A stretch of DNA of 64,000 nucleotides. Origin: Scyliorhinus canicula (Eukaryota). This document shows positions 50,365 to 62,888 of this stretch, piece after piece. Where the stretch lies: contig NC_052149.1 of the NCBI RefSeq assembly GCF_902713615.1, positions 127,475,256-127,539,255 of the forward strand, in the 5' to 3' direction. The notes under the pieces were generated by a model. That model searched no databases, was not told the DNA's origin, and was given only the letters and a program-made list of their open reading frames with translations. The translations under genes and the position numbers were made by a program. Positions within the stretch are counted from its first letter, which is position 1, and every line of letters starts with the position of its first letter.

Positions 50365-52545
50365 GAGGAGGAGGAGACGACGACGACAACATAAAAACTG
50401 ACTGTAAAGGTTTCCAAAGGTATGTGAAGAGAAAAAGATTGGTGAAGACAAATGTTGGTTCCTTACAGTCAGAAACAGGGAAATTTATAACGGGAACAAA
50501 GAAATGCTGGCCAACTAAATACATACTTTAGTTCTGTCTTCACAAAGGATGACACAAATAACATACCAGAAATGTTGGGGAATACAGGGTTAGTGAGAGG
50601 GAGAAACTGAAGAAAATCAGTATTAGTATGGAAATGGTGTTGGGGAAATTATGGGATTGAAGGCCGATAAATCCCCAGGACCTGATAATTTATATCCCAG
50701 AGTTCTTAAGGAGGTGGCTCAATAAATGGTGGATGCAGTCCAAGATTCTTTAGACTCTGGAACAGTCCCTGCAGATTGGAGGATAGCTAATATAACTCCA
50801 CTATTTAAAAATGGAGGTAGATAGAAAACAGGGAATTATAGACCAGTAAGCCTGACATCAGTGGTGGGGAAAATTCTAGAATTTATTATTAAAGACTTTA
50901 TTGCAGAGCATTTGGGAAACAGTGGCATAATCGGACAGAGTCAGCATGGATTCATGAAGGGCAAATCATGCCTGACAAATCTACCAAATTCTTCGAGAAT
51001 GTAACTAGGGGGCAGTGGTTTATATGGACTTTCTGAAGGCTTTTGACAAAGTCCCACATAACAGATTAGCATGCAAAATTAAAGCGCATGGGATTGGGGG
51101 TAGTGTAGACATGGATAGGAAACTGTTTGGCAGACGGGAAACAAAGAGTAGGAATAAATGGGTCTTTTCCAAATAGTAGGCAGTAACTTGTGGGTACTAC
51201 AGGGATCGATGCTGGACCCAAGCTATTCACAATATATATTAATGGCTTAGACGGGGGAACTAAATATATTATCTTCAAATTTACAGATGACACAAAGCTG
51301 GGTGGGAGGGTGAGCTGTGAAGAGGATGAAGAGATACGTCAGTGTGATCCCGACAAGCTGAGTGACTGGGCCAATGCATGGCAGATGCAGTATAATGTGG
51401 ATAAATGTGAGGTTATCCACATTGATAGCAAAAACAGGAAAGCAGATTATCTGAATGGCTATAGAAAGAGAAAGTGGAATGTACGAGACCTGGGTGTCCT
51501 TATATACCAGTCACTGAAGGTAAGCAAGCAGGTACAGCAGTCAGTAAAGAAGCAAATTATATGCTCGCCTTCATTGCGAGAGGATTAGAGTCAAGGAGCA
51601 GGGATGCCTTGCCGCAATTGTACATGGCCTTTGTGAGACCACACATGGCAGCACGGTAGCATGGTGGTTAGCATAAATGCTTCACAGCTCCAGGGTCCCA
51701 GGTTCGATTCCCGGCTGGGTCACTGTCTGTGCGGAGTCTGCGCATCCTCCCAGTGTGTGCGTGGGTTTCCTCCGGGTGCTCCGGTTTCCTCCCACAGTCC
51801 AAAGATGTGCGGGTTAGGTGGATTGGCCATGCTAAATTGCCCGTAGTGTCCTAATAAAGTAAGGTTAAGGGGGGGGTTGTTGGGTTACGGGTATAGGGTG
51901 GATACGTGGGGTTGAGTAGGGTGATCATTGCTCGGCACAACATCGAGGGCCGACGGGCCTGTTCTGTGCTGTACTGTTCTATGTTCTATGTTCTAAGTAT
52001 AGTGGGCAGTTTTAGTCTCCTTATCTGAGGAAGGATGTTTTTGGCATTGAGATGGTGCAGCGAAGGTTCAGCAGACTGATTCCTGGGATGGCAGAACTTG
52101 CGTATGAGAAGAGTTTGAGGCTGTTAGATATTCGCTGGAGTTCATAAGTATGAGGAGGGATCTCATAGAAACCTATAAAATTCTAACAGGACTAGACAGG
52201 GTAGATGCAGGAAGGATGTTCTCAATGGTGGGGAAGTCCAGAACCATGGGTCACAGTCTGAATTTATGGGGTAGACCATTTAGGACATGGACAAGGAGAT
52301 ATTTCTTCACCCAGAGAGTGGTGAACCTGCAGAATTCATTACCACAGAAAGCAGATGAGCTCAAAACATTGTATGCTTTCAAGCAGCAGTTAGATATAAC
52401 ACTTGGGGCAAAGGGGGTCATAGGATTTGTGAGAAAAGTGGGATTAGGCTACTGAGTTGGATGATCAACTATGATCATAATGAATGGTGGGTAAGGCGTG
52501 AAGGGGCGAATGGTCTCCTCCTGCTCCTATTTTCTATGTTTTCTA
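49700..52545 (+). mobile_element. Long degenerate CR1 (endonuclease end to tail) with a nested young SINE (51647-51994)
   Basis: Colinear CR1 ORF2 motifs (KPWLTWEIR, NYRPVSLTSVVGK, QHGFMKG, FTDDTKLG) and a TTTCTATG tail. Confidence 0.88.
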
Positions 52546-52807
52546 TAAATCTCCTTTGGAAAATGTTAAAATTGCTACAAGTTGTAGTTAACTGTTTAAT
52601 CTGTTGTAACGGCCTGTGAAGAGTGTAAATAGCACTGTGATTGGGCTTTCCCAGGTTGGAGAGATTGATCAGAAGTTGTTATTGCTCTCTTACCCTATGC
52701 AGCTCCCAGTTACAGAATCTGCTTTGCAGCCAGTCTGTGGCAGCCTGTGGCCTCTGGCTGCCAAGTAATTTGTAACTCCATTTCCCCAATTCCCATTGAG
52801 AAGACTT

Positions 52808-53349
52808 GGGGCTGGATTCTCCGCAGCCCGGCGCCAAAATCGCATTGGTGCAGGGGCGGAGAATCCAATTTCATGCCGAAATCAGGCTCGGCGCCAGTCC
52901 GGTGATTGTCCAGGACCCGGGAATTGGCATGGTCGCGGAGTGCTCCGCACAGCTGGGGGCCATTACCAGAGGCCCGTCCAGCGATCCTCCACTCACGACC
53001 GGCCGAGATCCCAACGCCGTGGTTCGAACCACCTATTGCCGTTCAGGGAGCTCGTGTGGTGGCTGCAGACTTAGTTCGCGGCTGCCCTGGTGGGGGGCCT
53101 CCGCGGTCCGAGTCCACCATGGCACTCGGTGCGGCCGCTGGAGGCCACCGCAGGGCGCATGCGCAGACTCAAAACTGGAAGTGCAAGGGCCCGTATCCTC
53201 AGCTAATGCTGCATGAATCACTCTGGGTCCCTGCTAGCACCCTGCCGGTGAGTGAATTGGCTGATCTTTATTATAGGAAACTCCAGTGAAATGCTAGTGT
53301 TTTTACGCCGGCATGGAGACATAGTCCCATTTTATGAGAATCCAGCCTC
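52808..53349. mobile_element. 542-bp MITE-like element
   Basis: 14-bp TIR: GGGGCTGGATTCTC (52808-52821) and GAGAATCCAGCCTC (53336-53349), one mismatch. TSD not resolved. Confidence 0.75.
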
Positions 53350-53623
53350 AGGTCTCGGCGACATCAGCAGCTCAGAACACAATAGATCAGTCGCTTATTT
53401 TCAAATCCCTCCCTATCTCTATGTCCCCCTTCTCCTCCTATTCTAGACTTTCCCGTATCCCGGATTTTCTTCACCTCAGCACTGGCAGCTGTGTTTTCCT
53501 TGAGCTCTGGAATTCGCTCCCTAAATCTCTCAAGATCTCTGTAAACCCATCTCTCTGACCAAAGATTTGGCCATCAGATCTAATATCTCCTTATGTGGCT
53601 CAATGTCATACCATTGCCTGATT

Positions 53624-53958
53624 GGCAGCACGGTAGCATGGTGGTTAGCATAAATGCTTCACAGCTCCAGGGTCCCAGGTTAGATTCCCGGCTGGGTCAC
53701 TGTCTGTGCGGAGTCTGCACGTCCTCCCCGTGTGCGCGTGGGTTTCCTCCGGGTGCTCCGGTTTCCTCCCACAGTCCAAAGATGTGCGGGTTAGGTGGAT
53801 TGGCCATGCTAAATTGCCCGTAGTGTCCTAAAAAGTAAGGTTAAGGGGAGGGGGGGGTTGTTGGGTTAAGGGTATAGGGTGGATACGTGGTTTGAGTAGG
53901 GTGATCATTACTCGGCACAACATCGAGGGCCCAAGGGCCTGTTCTGTGCTGTTCTATG
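53624..53958 (+). mobile_element. Young SINE subfamily copy
   Basis: Nearly identical to 51647-51994. Confidence 0.9.
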
Positions 53959-54059
53959 TAAACACCCATGAAGCACCGTGGAATGGTTTCCGACATTAAA
54001 GGTGTTCTATAAATACAGGTTGCTGTTGATTAATAGTACTTATCACAAGGAAGTTATTT

Positions 54060-54770
54060 ATTTACAGGGCTTATCTGTAAAGGAGAGAAAAAGACTCTGG
54101 TTCGATAGGTTCCGAGATGATTGAGGGTTCCAAGATGATTGAGAAGTCCAATGCATGATCCGCAGCCTCTGCCACACGTGACGCAGGTGATGTTTGAAGG
54201 GCTGGGTAGATGAGTTGTTTGGAGATTTGTATGCTCTCTCTGCCACCTCAGCTTCACATTTCCCAATGAAGTCTTTTGATTTGTTCAGTGCCTTCCTGAG
54301 TAAACAGTCTCCATTCTGATCAGTCACAAGCAGGGCTCCCACAGTCAGCTGGAATATTTGACCACTGCAGAGATGCTTTGAGGACATTCCAAAAGGAATT
54401 CCACTGTACTGGGAATTTCTTGCTGTGGCCAAGTTCCAGCTATGAGCAGTTGCTTCAAGAGTCTGCCATCAGACATACGGATGACTTGTCCTGCCCAGCG
54501 GAGCTGCTTTTGAGTGATTAGTGCCTCAACACTTGGCACATTGTCTTGAGACACGATGCTGCTGTTAGACCATCTTGCTTGATATTAGATTTGGAAGATT
54601 TGTCAAGGCATCGCTGGTGATACTTCTCCAGTACTTTGAGGTACCTGCTTTAGGATGCCCAACTCTCCGAAGCAGGTAGAAGCGCAGGGATCATTGTTGT
54701 CCAGTAAACCATGAGTTTAGTCTTGGAATTGAGATCCTCGTACTCAAATACTCCTTTCCTCAGTTGTAAA
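54060..54770 (-). mobile_element. RTE-clade LINE 3' fragment
   Basis: PSVEALITQKQLRWAGQVIRMSDGRLLKQLL and a C-terminal TCVTCGRGCGSCIGLLNH zinc-knuckle, both typical of RTE ORFs. Confidence 0.8.
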
Positions 54771-54999
54771 TCGCTTTGGGATGTACTGATGTCACGAAAG
54801 ATGCAATAGAAATGCAAGTTTCTATTATTTTATTTGTCCTCCCCACACCTTCTCCCCTCATGTCTCTGTGCCTGTACTGACTCCTCCTCTTGGAGAACTG
54901 ACTCTACAGCAACACCACAGATTGCAGAAATCTTCTCCTTTGCTGCAAAGGTCAATAATACTTCATTATTCAATCGCTGTGATCTGTAACTTTGGGGTG

Positions 55000-57907
55000 G
55001 TCGACACCTGAACGGTGCTGGTGAGCCACATAACTATGGAAGCAGAGAAGGATTAAACTAAATAGTGGGGGCAAGGAATCGAATGTGGCAAGATGCGGTA
55101 AACCAGAGAGTAGAAACAAGGCAAGAGAGCAATGGGAAACAATAAACAGACCATGAGAGGAAGGGACAGAAAGTACAGACCTAAAAGTACATTAACAGAT
55201 GTTAGAAAAATAATAAAAGAATAAATCTAAATGTGCGTAGCATTTGAAACTAAACAGATGAACTGATAGCGCAAGTAGAAATGGGGCAAATTGAAATGGG
55301 CAAGTACGATTTGATAGCCATTATAGAGACATGACTATGGGATGACAGAGATTGGGACCTGCATATTGAAGGGGATGTGACACTTAGGAACAACAGGAAG
55401 TTTGGAAAAGGTGAAGGGATGGCTCTGTTAATTCATGATGGTAGTAGCTCACGAGAGAGGGATGACCCAAGTTCAGGAAACCAGGATGTAGAAGCAGTTT
55501 GGGCTGGGATTAGAAATGATAACGACAAGAAGTTGTTTGTGGGAGTGGTGTATAGGCCCCCTAATTCTAACTACACTGTAAAGAAGAAATATGGGAGCTT
55601 GTCAGAAAGGTATAGCAATAATCATGGGGGATTTAAATCTACATATAGACTGGAAAAATCAGATGGTTGCATGGATGATGAGTTAATAGAATGTTTTCAG
55701 AAAAGTTTCTTAGAACAGCATATTCTGGAGCCTAGCAGAGAGCAGTCTATATTGGTCCTGATATTCTGCAAAGAGTTAGGATTAATTGAAAGGCACCCCT
55801 AGGTAGCAGCAATCAAGATATGATTGAATTTTACATTCAATTTGAGGGAGGTTTATATTCAGTTTGAGGAAGAGAAGAGTGGGTCTACAACTAGTATTTT
55901 AAACTTACAGAAGGGAAATTTTGAGGGCATGAAATCAGTGCTAGATAAAGCAAACTGGTAAATGAGGTTAAGTGATCAGTTAATACACAGAATAGATACT
56001 TTCTAATGAGAAAATAAAATTCCAAGGGGAGGACCCACCATCCATGGTTCACTGGAAAAGTTAAAGACAGTATCAAATTTAAAGGAAATGTATAGAATTG
56101 CACAAAGACGAGCGGCAGGTCAAAAGATTGCACAGAATATAAACAATAGCAAAGAATGACAAAACGAGGGAAAAATTTGAGCATGAGAGAAAAATAGTTA
56201 TAGCTATAAAGACAGATAGGAAGAATTTCTATGGCTATTAAAAAAATACTTTAACAAAGTGAGCGTTGGTCCGATACAAAGTGAGTCTGGGGAATTGATA
56301 ATAGAAAGTCAGGTGATGGCGGATATATTTTGCATCGATCTTCACTATAGAGAAAACCAGTAACATCAGGAAATGGAAGGGAGGGAGGAACTCAGAAAAT
56401 TAGTAAATTATTGCTCTGCAGGATGACAGATTCTTGGATCTGGATGGACTTCATCCTAGGATCTTGAAAGAAGTGGTTAGAGATCATTGATGTGCTAGTT
56501 TTAATTTTCCAAATATCCCCAGATTTAGGAAAGGTTCCATTATTAAAAATGGGAGGGAGGGAGACAGAAAGCAGGAAACTACAGGCAATTCAGCTTAACA
56601 TCTGTCAGAGGAAAATGTTAGAAGCTATCATTAAAGATGTTGTGACAGGGCACTTAGAACATTTTAGGAAATCAGGCACAGTTAACATAGTCTTGTGAAA
56701 GAAAAATCACGTTTAATCAATTTATTGGGTTTCTTTGAAAGTTATCACATGTGCTGTGGATAAAGGAGTACTGGTAGATGTCCTGCAGATTTCCAGAAGG
56801 CATTTGATAAGGGGCCCCATAAAAGCTCAGGGGCAGCACGATGGCGCAGTGGTTAGCACTGCTGCCTCATGGCGCTGAGGACCCGGGTTCGATCCCGGCC
56901 CCGGGTCACTGTCCGTGTGGAGTTTGCACATTCTGTCCATGACTGAGTGGGTCTTAGCCCCACAACCCAAAGATGTACAGAGTAGGTAGATTAGCCATGC
57001 TAAATTGCCCCTGAATTGGAAAAATAATAACTGGGTACACTAAATTTTTAAAAAAGTAAAATAAAAGCTCATAGTGTAGGGGGTAACATTACTACGATGG
57101 ATAGACTATTGGGTAGCGAACAGGAGACAGAGTTGTCATAAATGGGACTTTTTCTGGATGGCAGGATGTTATGAGTGGTGTGTCACAGGAATCAGTGCCG
57201 GGGCCTCATCATTTTACAATTTATATGTCCTCGTGCATGAATCACAAAAGGCCAGTATACAGGTACAGCATGTAATTAGAAAAGTTAATAGAATGTTATT
57301 GTTTATTGTGAGGGGAATTTATTACAAAAGTAGAGGTTATGCTTCACTTCTCCAGGGCACTAGTGAGACCGCATCTGGAGTACTGTGTACAGTATTGATC
57401 TCCTTATTTAAAGAAAGATGTAAATGCATTAGAAGCAGTTCAGAGAGGGTTTACCAGATTAATACCAGGAATGCGGGCCGTCTTATTAGGAAAGGTTGGA
57501 AAGGTAAGGCTTGCATTCACTGGAGTTACTGGAGTTTTGAAAAGCAAGAGGCGACTTGATTGAAATCTTTAAAATCCTGTGGGGGATGTGGAGAGAATGC
57601 TTCACCTTGTGGGAGAACCTAAAACTAGGGGTCACTGCATAAAAATAAGGCACCGCTCATTTAACACAGAGATGAGGAGGGTCGTGATCCTTCAGAACTC
57701 TCTTCCTCAAAAAGCCGTGGAAGCAGAGTCTTAGAATATTTTTAAGGCAGAGCAAGATAGATTCTTGATTAACAAGGGGGTTAAATGTTATTTTGGGGGG
57801 GGAGGCAGGAATGTGGGATTGAGGTGAGAATCAGATCACCCATAATCTTATTGAATAGTGGTGCAGGCTTCAGGGGCTGAATGGCCTTCTGCTCCTAATT
57901 CGTATGT
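55000..57907 (+). mobile_element. Long degenerate CR1 with a nested SINE (56830-57060, 11-bp TSD ATAAAAGCTCA)
   Basis: VGVVYRPPNS, LEQHILEPSRE, LDFQKAFD-like and RT-end motifs. TSD at 56819-56829 and 57061-57071. Confidence 0.85.
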
Positions 57908-58089
57908 ACCTCACACAGGTTGCTATCTGTCAGGGTAATTGTACTGTGTCCCAAACACTTTTGAGAAGACCTAAGCCCTCAGCCTGATGGTGGTGAAGTG
58001 TGAGACATGCCAGGCCTTACCATGCTTGTCAGTACAGCCAAGAATGGGTAATGTTACAAACCTTCCAGAAACTAAGTGAAAGCAACAAA

Positions 58090-58470
58090 GAGGGCATTAA
58101 CAGCGGCGGCTCCCTCATAGTGAGGCGACATTAAGAGCACGGAAATGAAAAAAAATTGCTTATTGTCACAAGTAGGCTTCAAATGAAGTTACTGTGAAAA
58201 GCCCCTAATCGCCACATTCCGGCACCTGTTCGGGGAGGCTGGTACAGGAATTAAACTATACTACTGGTCTGTCTTGGTCTGCTTTCAAAGCCAGCGATTC
58301 AGCCCAGTGCTAAACAGCCCCTGACACCCCTCAGAGAGCGAGTGGACCTTAGTAGGAGCTACTCCCACTGAGAATGATGGGACATGAAGAGCGGCGACTC
58401 CCTCAGAGAGTTAGGGGACATTAAGAACAGAAACCCCCCCTTTCTCAGGGAGCGGGGACATGAAGAGCAT
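58090..58470. repeat. Degenerate about 35-40-bp minisatellite split by a short SINE (58143-58321, -)
   Basis: Recurrent (GGA)CAT(T/G)AAGAGCGGCG(A/G)CTCCCTCA units. Confidence 0.55.
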
Positions 58471-59909
58471 TGCAATTTTGAGACTGAGGAACATTCACGG
58501 CAGTAAGTTCCATCATTTGGTGGAGTCTATATGTAGTATAGAAGGAGATTAACAGGTTTCTTTTTCATTTATTTTCTGGGTTATGATTTAATTGAGTGTG
58601 GAGATTGTTGCTGTTTGTTTGTTAGTTGTATTTTGTTAGTTTGAAATGTCCCAGTAGCTGGTTTGAGATGTCTTGCTGATGCAGGTTCACTTTCCCTGTG
58701 AACAGACATCCAATATGGATCATCATTTCATTTTGAGTTAGCCCAGGCTGCTGGTCAGGCCGGGTTTGTGATCCGGTAGTGCTGCTGAACTATCACACAT
58801 TTGGGAATTTGCTCTGGATAGTTCTCCTTATGCTAGAGAAGGCTGAAGTTTGCTTTTAGAGCAATGATGGTCCAAATGATTAATCAATGGAGATGGTTGT
58901 GCCTGAAGAGTGATGTTTTGATATTTATGATGGATTTAGCCTCAACGCCTCCCTCTGCCAGTAGAATGAGAGTTAAGCAACCTGGCAGCAACTCTTTGTT
59001 TACGCGGAGAAACTAAGTTAACTGGAGTAATGCAGAGAGAGCATTACAATAGCTTAGATCCACCCGAACAATCTGAAGGCTCATTCATAAGTGGGCCGGG
59101 TTGTATTAACTATCAATATCTCATTGATAAACACAGCTAATGACCTACAAAATGTCACAGATTAATTTTATTACAAATTAGCATTCCATTAAAAAAAAAC
59201 TTCCAAAGACAGTACTTATAAGAACCTGGCTCCAGACCAATTTCAACATAGCTACAAAAATATTGCATTGTTTTTAAAGAAGGCTGGTAGCTGTATGAGA
59301 GCGCATTTAGCCTCTGCTGGGGCAAACTGCTCAAGGTATACGGACCACATCAAAACATGTTTGCAAAACTACTTAATTTCAAAAAGCGTGGAAAGAAACA
59401 TTGAAGAACTGTGCTATCAGCAGCAACGGACATGCCGTGACTTCATTAGAAACAAGGAACACAACAAGAAAGACATTGATGCATTTGTGTCATTGCATTT
59501 GATGCCATTCACCATTAACCAGCAGTTAATGACAGCTTTTCAAGCTGCAATATTGATTATCCAAAAAAGATGATGTTCTGATTAGAAGACATCCACCCTC
59601 TTGTGTTGATTGTAGTTATATCTGGTCCAGAGGTAGGACCCAAGATACAACACCATATTCTCACTTTACACACTGTGGGATATTGAAGTCCAGTTATTTG
59701 GCTGGACAGTTGATTCCTGTGGAACTGGGATGGAGTGAAAGAACAGAGGCAATCATAGAGGAGGAAAATGAGGAGTACAAAAAAAAAGAGCATTCTGAAA
59801 AGGTTTCACAGAAATTTGAGGCACTGGTTTAGTCTGTGTAGATCATGTCGGATTGAAATGTCACATGATGAATGCAGTCGGCAAAGACAATCAAGAGTGA
59901 AGCTAAAAT

Positions 59910-60208
59910 GGCACGGTAACACAGTGGTTAGCACTGTTGCTTCACAATGCCAGGGTCCCAGGTTCAATTCTCGGCATGAGTCACTGTCTGTGCGGAGTCT
60001 GCATGTTCTCCCAGTGTCTGCGTGGGTTTCCTCCGGGTGCTCTGGTTCCTCCCACAAGTCCCGAAAGACGTGCTGTTAGGTAATTTAGACATTCTGAATT
60101 CTCCCTCTGTGACCCAAACAGGCGCCGGAATGTGGCGACTAGGGGCTTTTCACAGTAACTTTGTTGCAGTGTTAATGTAAGCCTACTTGTGACAATAAAG
60201 ATTATTAT
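59910..60208 (+). mobile_element. SINE variant: shared head/core with the second-family 3' tail
   Basis: Core of the main family followed by GCGCCGGAATGTGGCGACTAGGGGCTTTTCACAGTAAC...GCCTACTTGTGACAATAAAG. Confidence 0.8.
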
Positions 60209-60364
60209 AAAACATCTATTTTAGGTACACTGCCCGCATAAACATGGAGAAGTTTCCATTCTGTGCTTTGGAGCATCATATATGACTCATATTCTGCTCC
60301 TCTCTTGTATAGATTAAGCCAGTTTGATTCTCGTCGAGTTAACAATACATCAAGGCTGTTTGGG

Positions 60365-62200
60365 GAGAGCGCTGTTTGTGGTTTATATAAATGATTTAGA
60401 TAAGAAAGTACGAGTGTTGATCGGTAAGCTTGCGAATGATATGAAAATTGGTGGGGTGGTAAACGGAGGACAATAGCCTTCGATTACCGGAGGATATTTT
60501 TTTTTTTTAAATTTAGCGTACCCAATTATTTTTTCTAATTAAGGGGCAATTTTTGTGTGGCCAACCCACCTACCCTGCACATCTTTTGGGTTGTGGGGGT
60601 GAAACCCACGCAGACACGGGGAGAACGTGCAAACTCCACATAGACAGTGACCCAGGGCCGGGTTTCGAACCCGGGTCCTCAGCGCCGTAGGCAACAATGC
60701 CACCGTGCTGCCCGCGATTACCGGAGGATATAGACAGGCTGGCCAAATGGGCTGATTGGAGGCAAATCAAATTCAATCTGGATAAGAGTGCAGTGATGCA
60801 CTTGGGCAGGACAAACAAGGCAAGGGAATACATGATAAACGGCAGGAATCTGGGAAGCACCGAGGATCAGAGGAATCTTGGTATGCATGTACACCGGTCC
60901 CTTAAGGTAGCAGAACAGGTACAGTAGTTAAGAAGGTTTAATGTGGGGTGGCACGGTGATGCAGTGGTTAGCACTGCTGCCTCACAACGCTGAGGACCAG
61001 GGTTCGATGCCGGGTCATTGTCCATGTGGAGTTTGCACATTCTCCCCCATGTCTGCGTGAGTCTCACCCCCATAACCCAAAGATGTGCAGGGTAGGTGGA
61101 TTGGCCACACTAAATTGCCCCTTAATTGGAAAGAAAATGAATTGTGTACTTAAAAACATTTTTAATAACAGGGGGAAAAAAAGGCCTATTGTATACTTTA
61201 TTTTATTAGCCGAGGCAGTGTTTAAAAGTAGAGAAGTTATGCTGGAGCGTAGAAAATGTTGGCTTGGCCACAGCTAGATTATTGTGTGCAGTTCTGGAAT
61301 CCACATTATAGGAGGGATGTGAATGGGCAGCACGGTGGCATAGTGGGTTAGCCCTGCAGCCTCACAGTGCCGAGGTCCTAGGTTCGATCCCAGCTCTGGG
61401 TCACTGTCCATGTGGAGTTTGCACATTCTCCCTGTGTTTGTGTGGGTTTCACCCCCACAACCCAAAGATGTTGTTTGAAGAATAAAGGGATTAAGGGTTA
61501 TGGTGTTCGGGCCGGAAAGTGGAGCTGAGTCCACAAAAGATCAGCCATGATCTCATTGAATGGCGGAGCAGGCTCAAGGGGCCAGATGGCCTACTCCTGC
61601 TCCTAGTTCCTAGCTCCTGCTCCTAGTTCTTATGTTCTTATGTGCAGGGTAGGTGGATTGCCACGCTAAATTGCCCCTTAATTGGAAAAAATGAATTGGG
61701 TACTCTAAATTTACAAAAAAAAAGAGGGATGTAATTGCACTGGAAAGGGTGCAGAGGAGATTTACCAGGCTGTTGGCTGGGCTGGAGAGTTTTATTTATA
61801 AAGAGAGATTGGATAGACTTGGATTGTTTTATTTGCATCAGAAATAACTGAGAGGGACATGATTGAGACGTATAAAATTATGAGAGGAATAGATAGTGTA
61901 TATAGGAAGAAACGTTTCCCCTTGGTGGAGGGGTCAATGATCAGGGGGCATAGATTTAAGGTAAGGGGCAAGGAGGTTTAGAGGGGATGTGAGGAAAAAC
62001 TATTTTCCCCAGAGGGTGGTGGAAGTTTGGAACTTGCTGCCTGAAAGGGTGGTGGAGTCAGAGGCCCTCCTAACATTTAAGAAGTGTTTAGATGTGTACT
62101 TGCGATTCCAGGGCACACAAGGCTATGGGCCAAGTGCTGGAAAATAATAATGGGATTAGAATAGGTTAGCTGGTTGTTTTTGACCTGCACAGGTGTAATG
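60365..62200 (+). mobile_element. CR1 3' fragment carrying three SINEs (60497-60713 -, 60947-61165 +, 61325-61722 +)
   Basis: CR1 RT-end motifs resume after each SINE. Confidence 0.85.
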
Positions 62201-62759
62201 GAATGGAGGGGCGTTTCTGGGGTGACTATGAGAAGTGCACCACAGACCTGTCAGTGTGTGAAGCGGGCAAAATCCAGATTTAACAAGTGGGATGGGCCCT
62301 TTAACCCGAAATAGTGTCCGCCTTCCTGGCAGAAGGGAGGACCCAGTTTACGCCGTTACCAGCCGTGGCTCAGTGGAGCATTCTCATCTCCGAGGTTAGA
62401 TGGTCATGGCAGCACACCCTACTTCAGAGACTAAAGTACATTATCCAGGATGACACCCTGGTGCACTCCAGATGAAAGTTGCACCATCTCAGGCACTATT
62501 TTCCGCATTGATAAACTGAGGCGCCACCTGCTTTCTCAGGTGGATATGAAAGATTCCATTCAAAATAAAACAGGGGAATTTCCCCCCATATCCTGGCCAA
62601 CATTAACCAATGTCATATTAAAAAGGAAACAAACGTGTCCAATCATTCATCTGCTGTTTGTAGGACCTACAAACTAGTCCTAACGAACTCGAACAAAATA
62701 TTTTTGAATATCATCAGGTGATAAAGGCTGTCCAAACAAGAGGAGTCTTTCATCATTAC

Positions 62760-62888
62760 CATGTAAAGGACAGCAATGAGGTCAAAATGTACATTCAACA
62801 CAAACACTAGCTTCAAATTTGCCGCTGTTCGCATCATGTTAACCCGCACCCTGCGTACTTCCTTCCAATGGCTCAGGCCAGGATGCAT
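62760..62888 (-). CDS. RABGAP1L: Probable alternative first coding exon of the RABGAP1L-family gene (MHPGLSHWKEVRRVRVNMMRTAANLKLVFVLNVHFDLIAVLYM)
   Basis: AGCATG Kozak (A at -3), 43 codons, ATG|GTAATG phase-0 donor compatible with the RENRR exon, in non-repetitive sequence. The C-terminal half resembles a short-isoform N-terminus of human RABGAP1L as I recall it (unverified). Confidence 0.6.

Noticed and set aside
62660-62810. Plus-strand exon-like reading DLQTSPNELEQNIFEYHQ... after TTTGTAG
   Set aside because: It ends in a stop with no donor, and is antisense to the better-supported minus-strand first exon.
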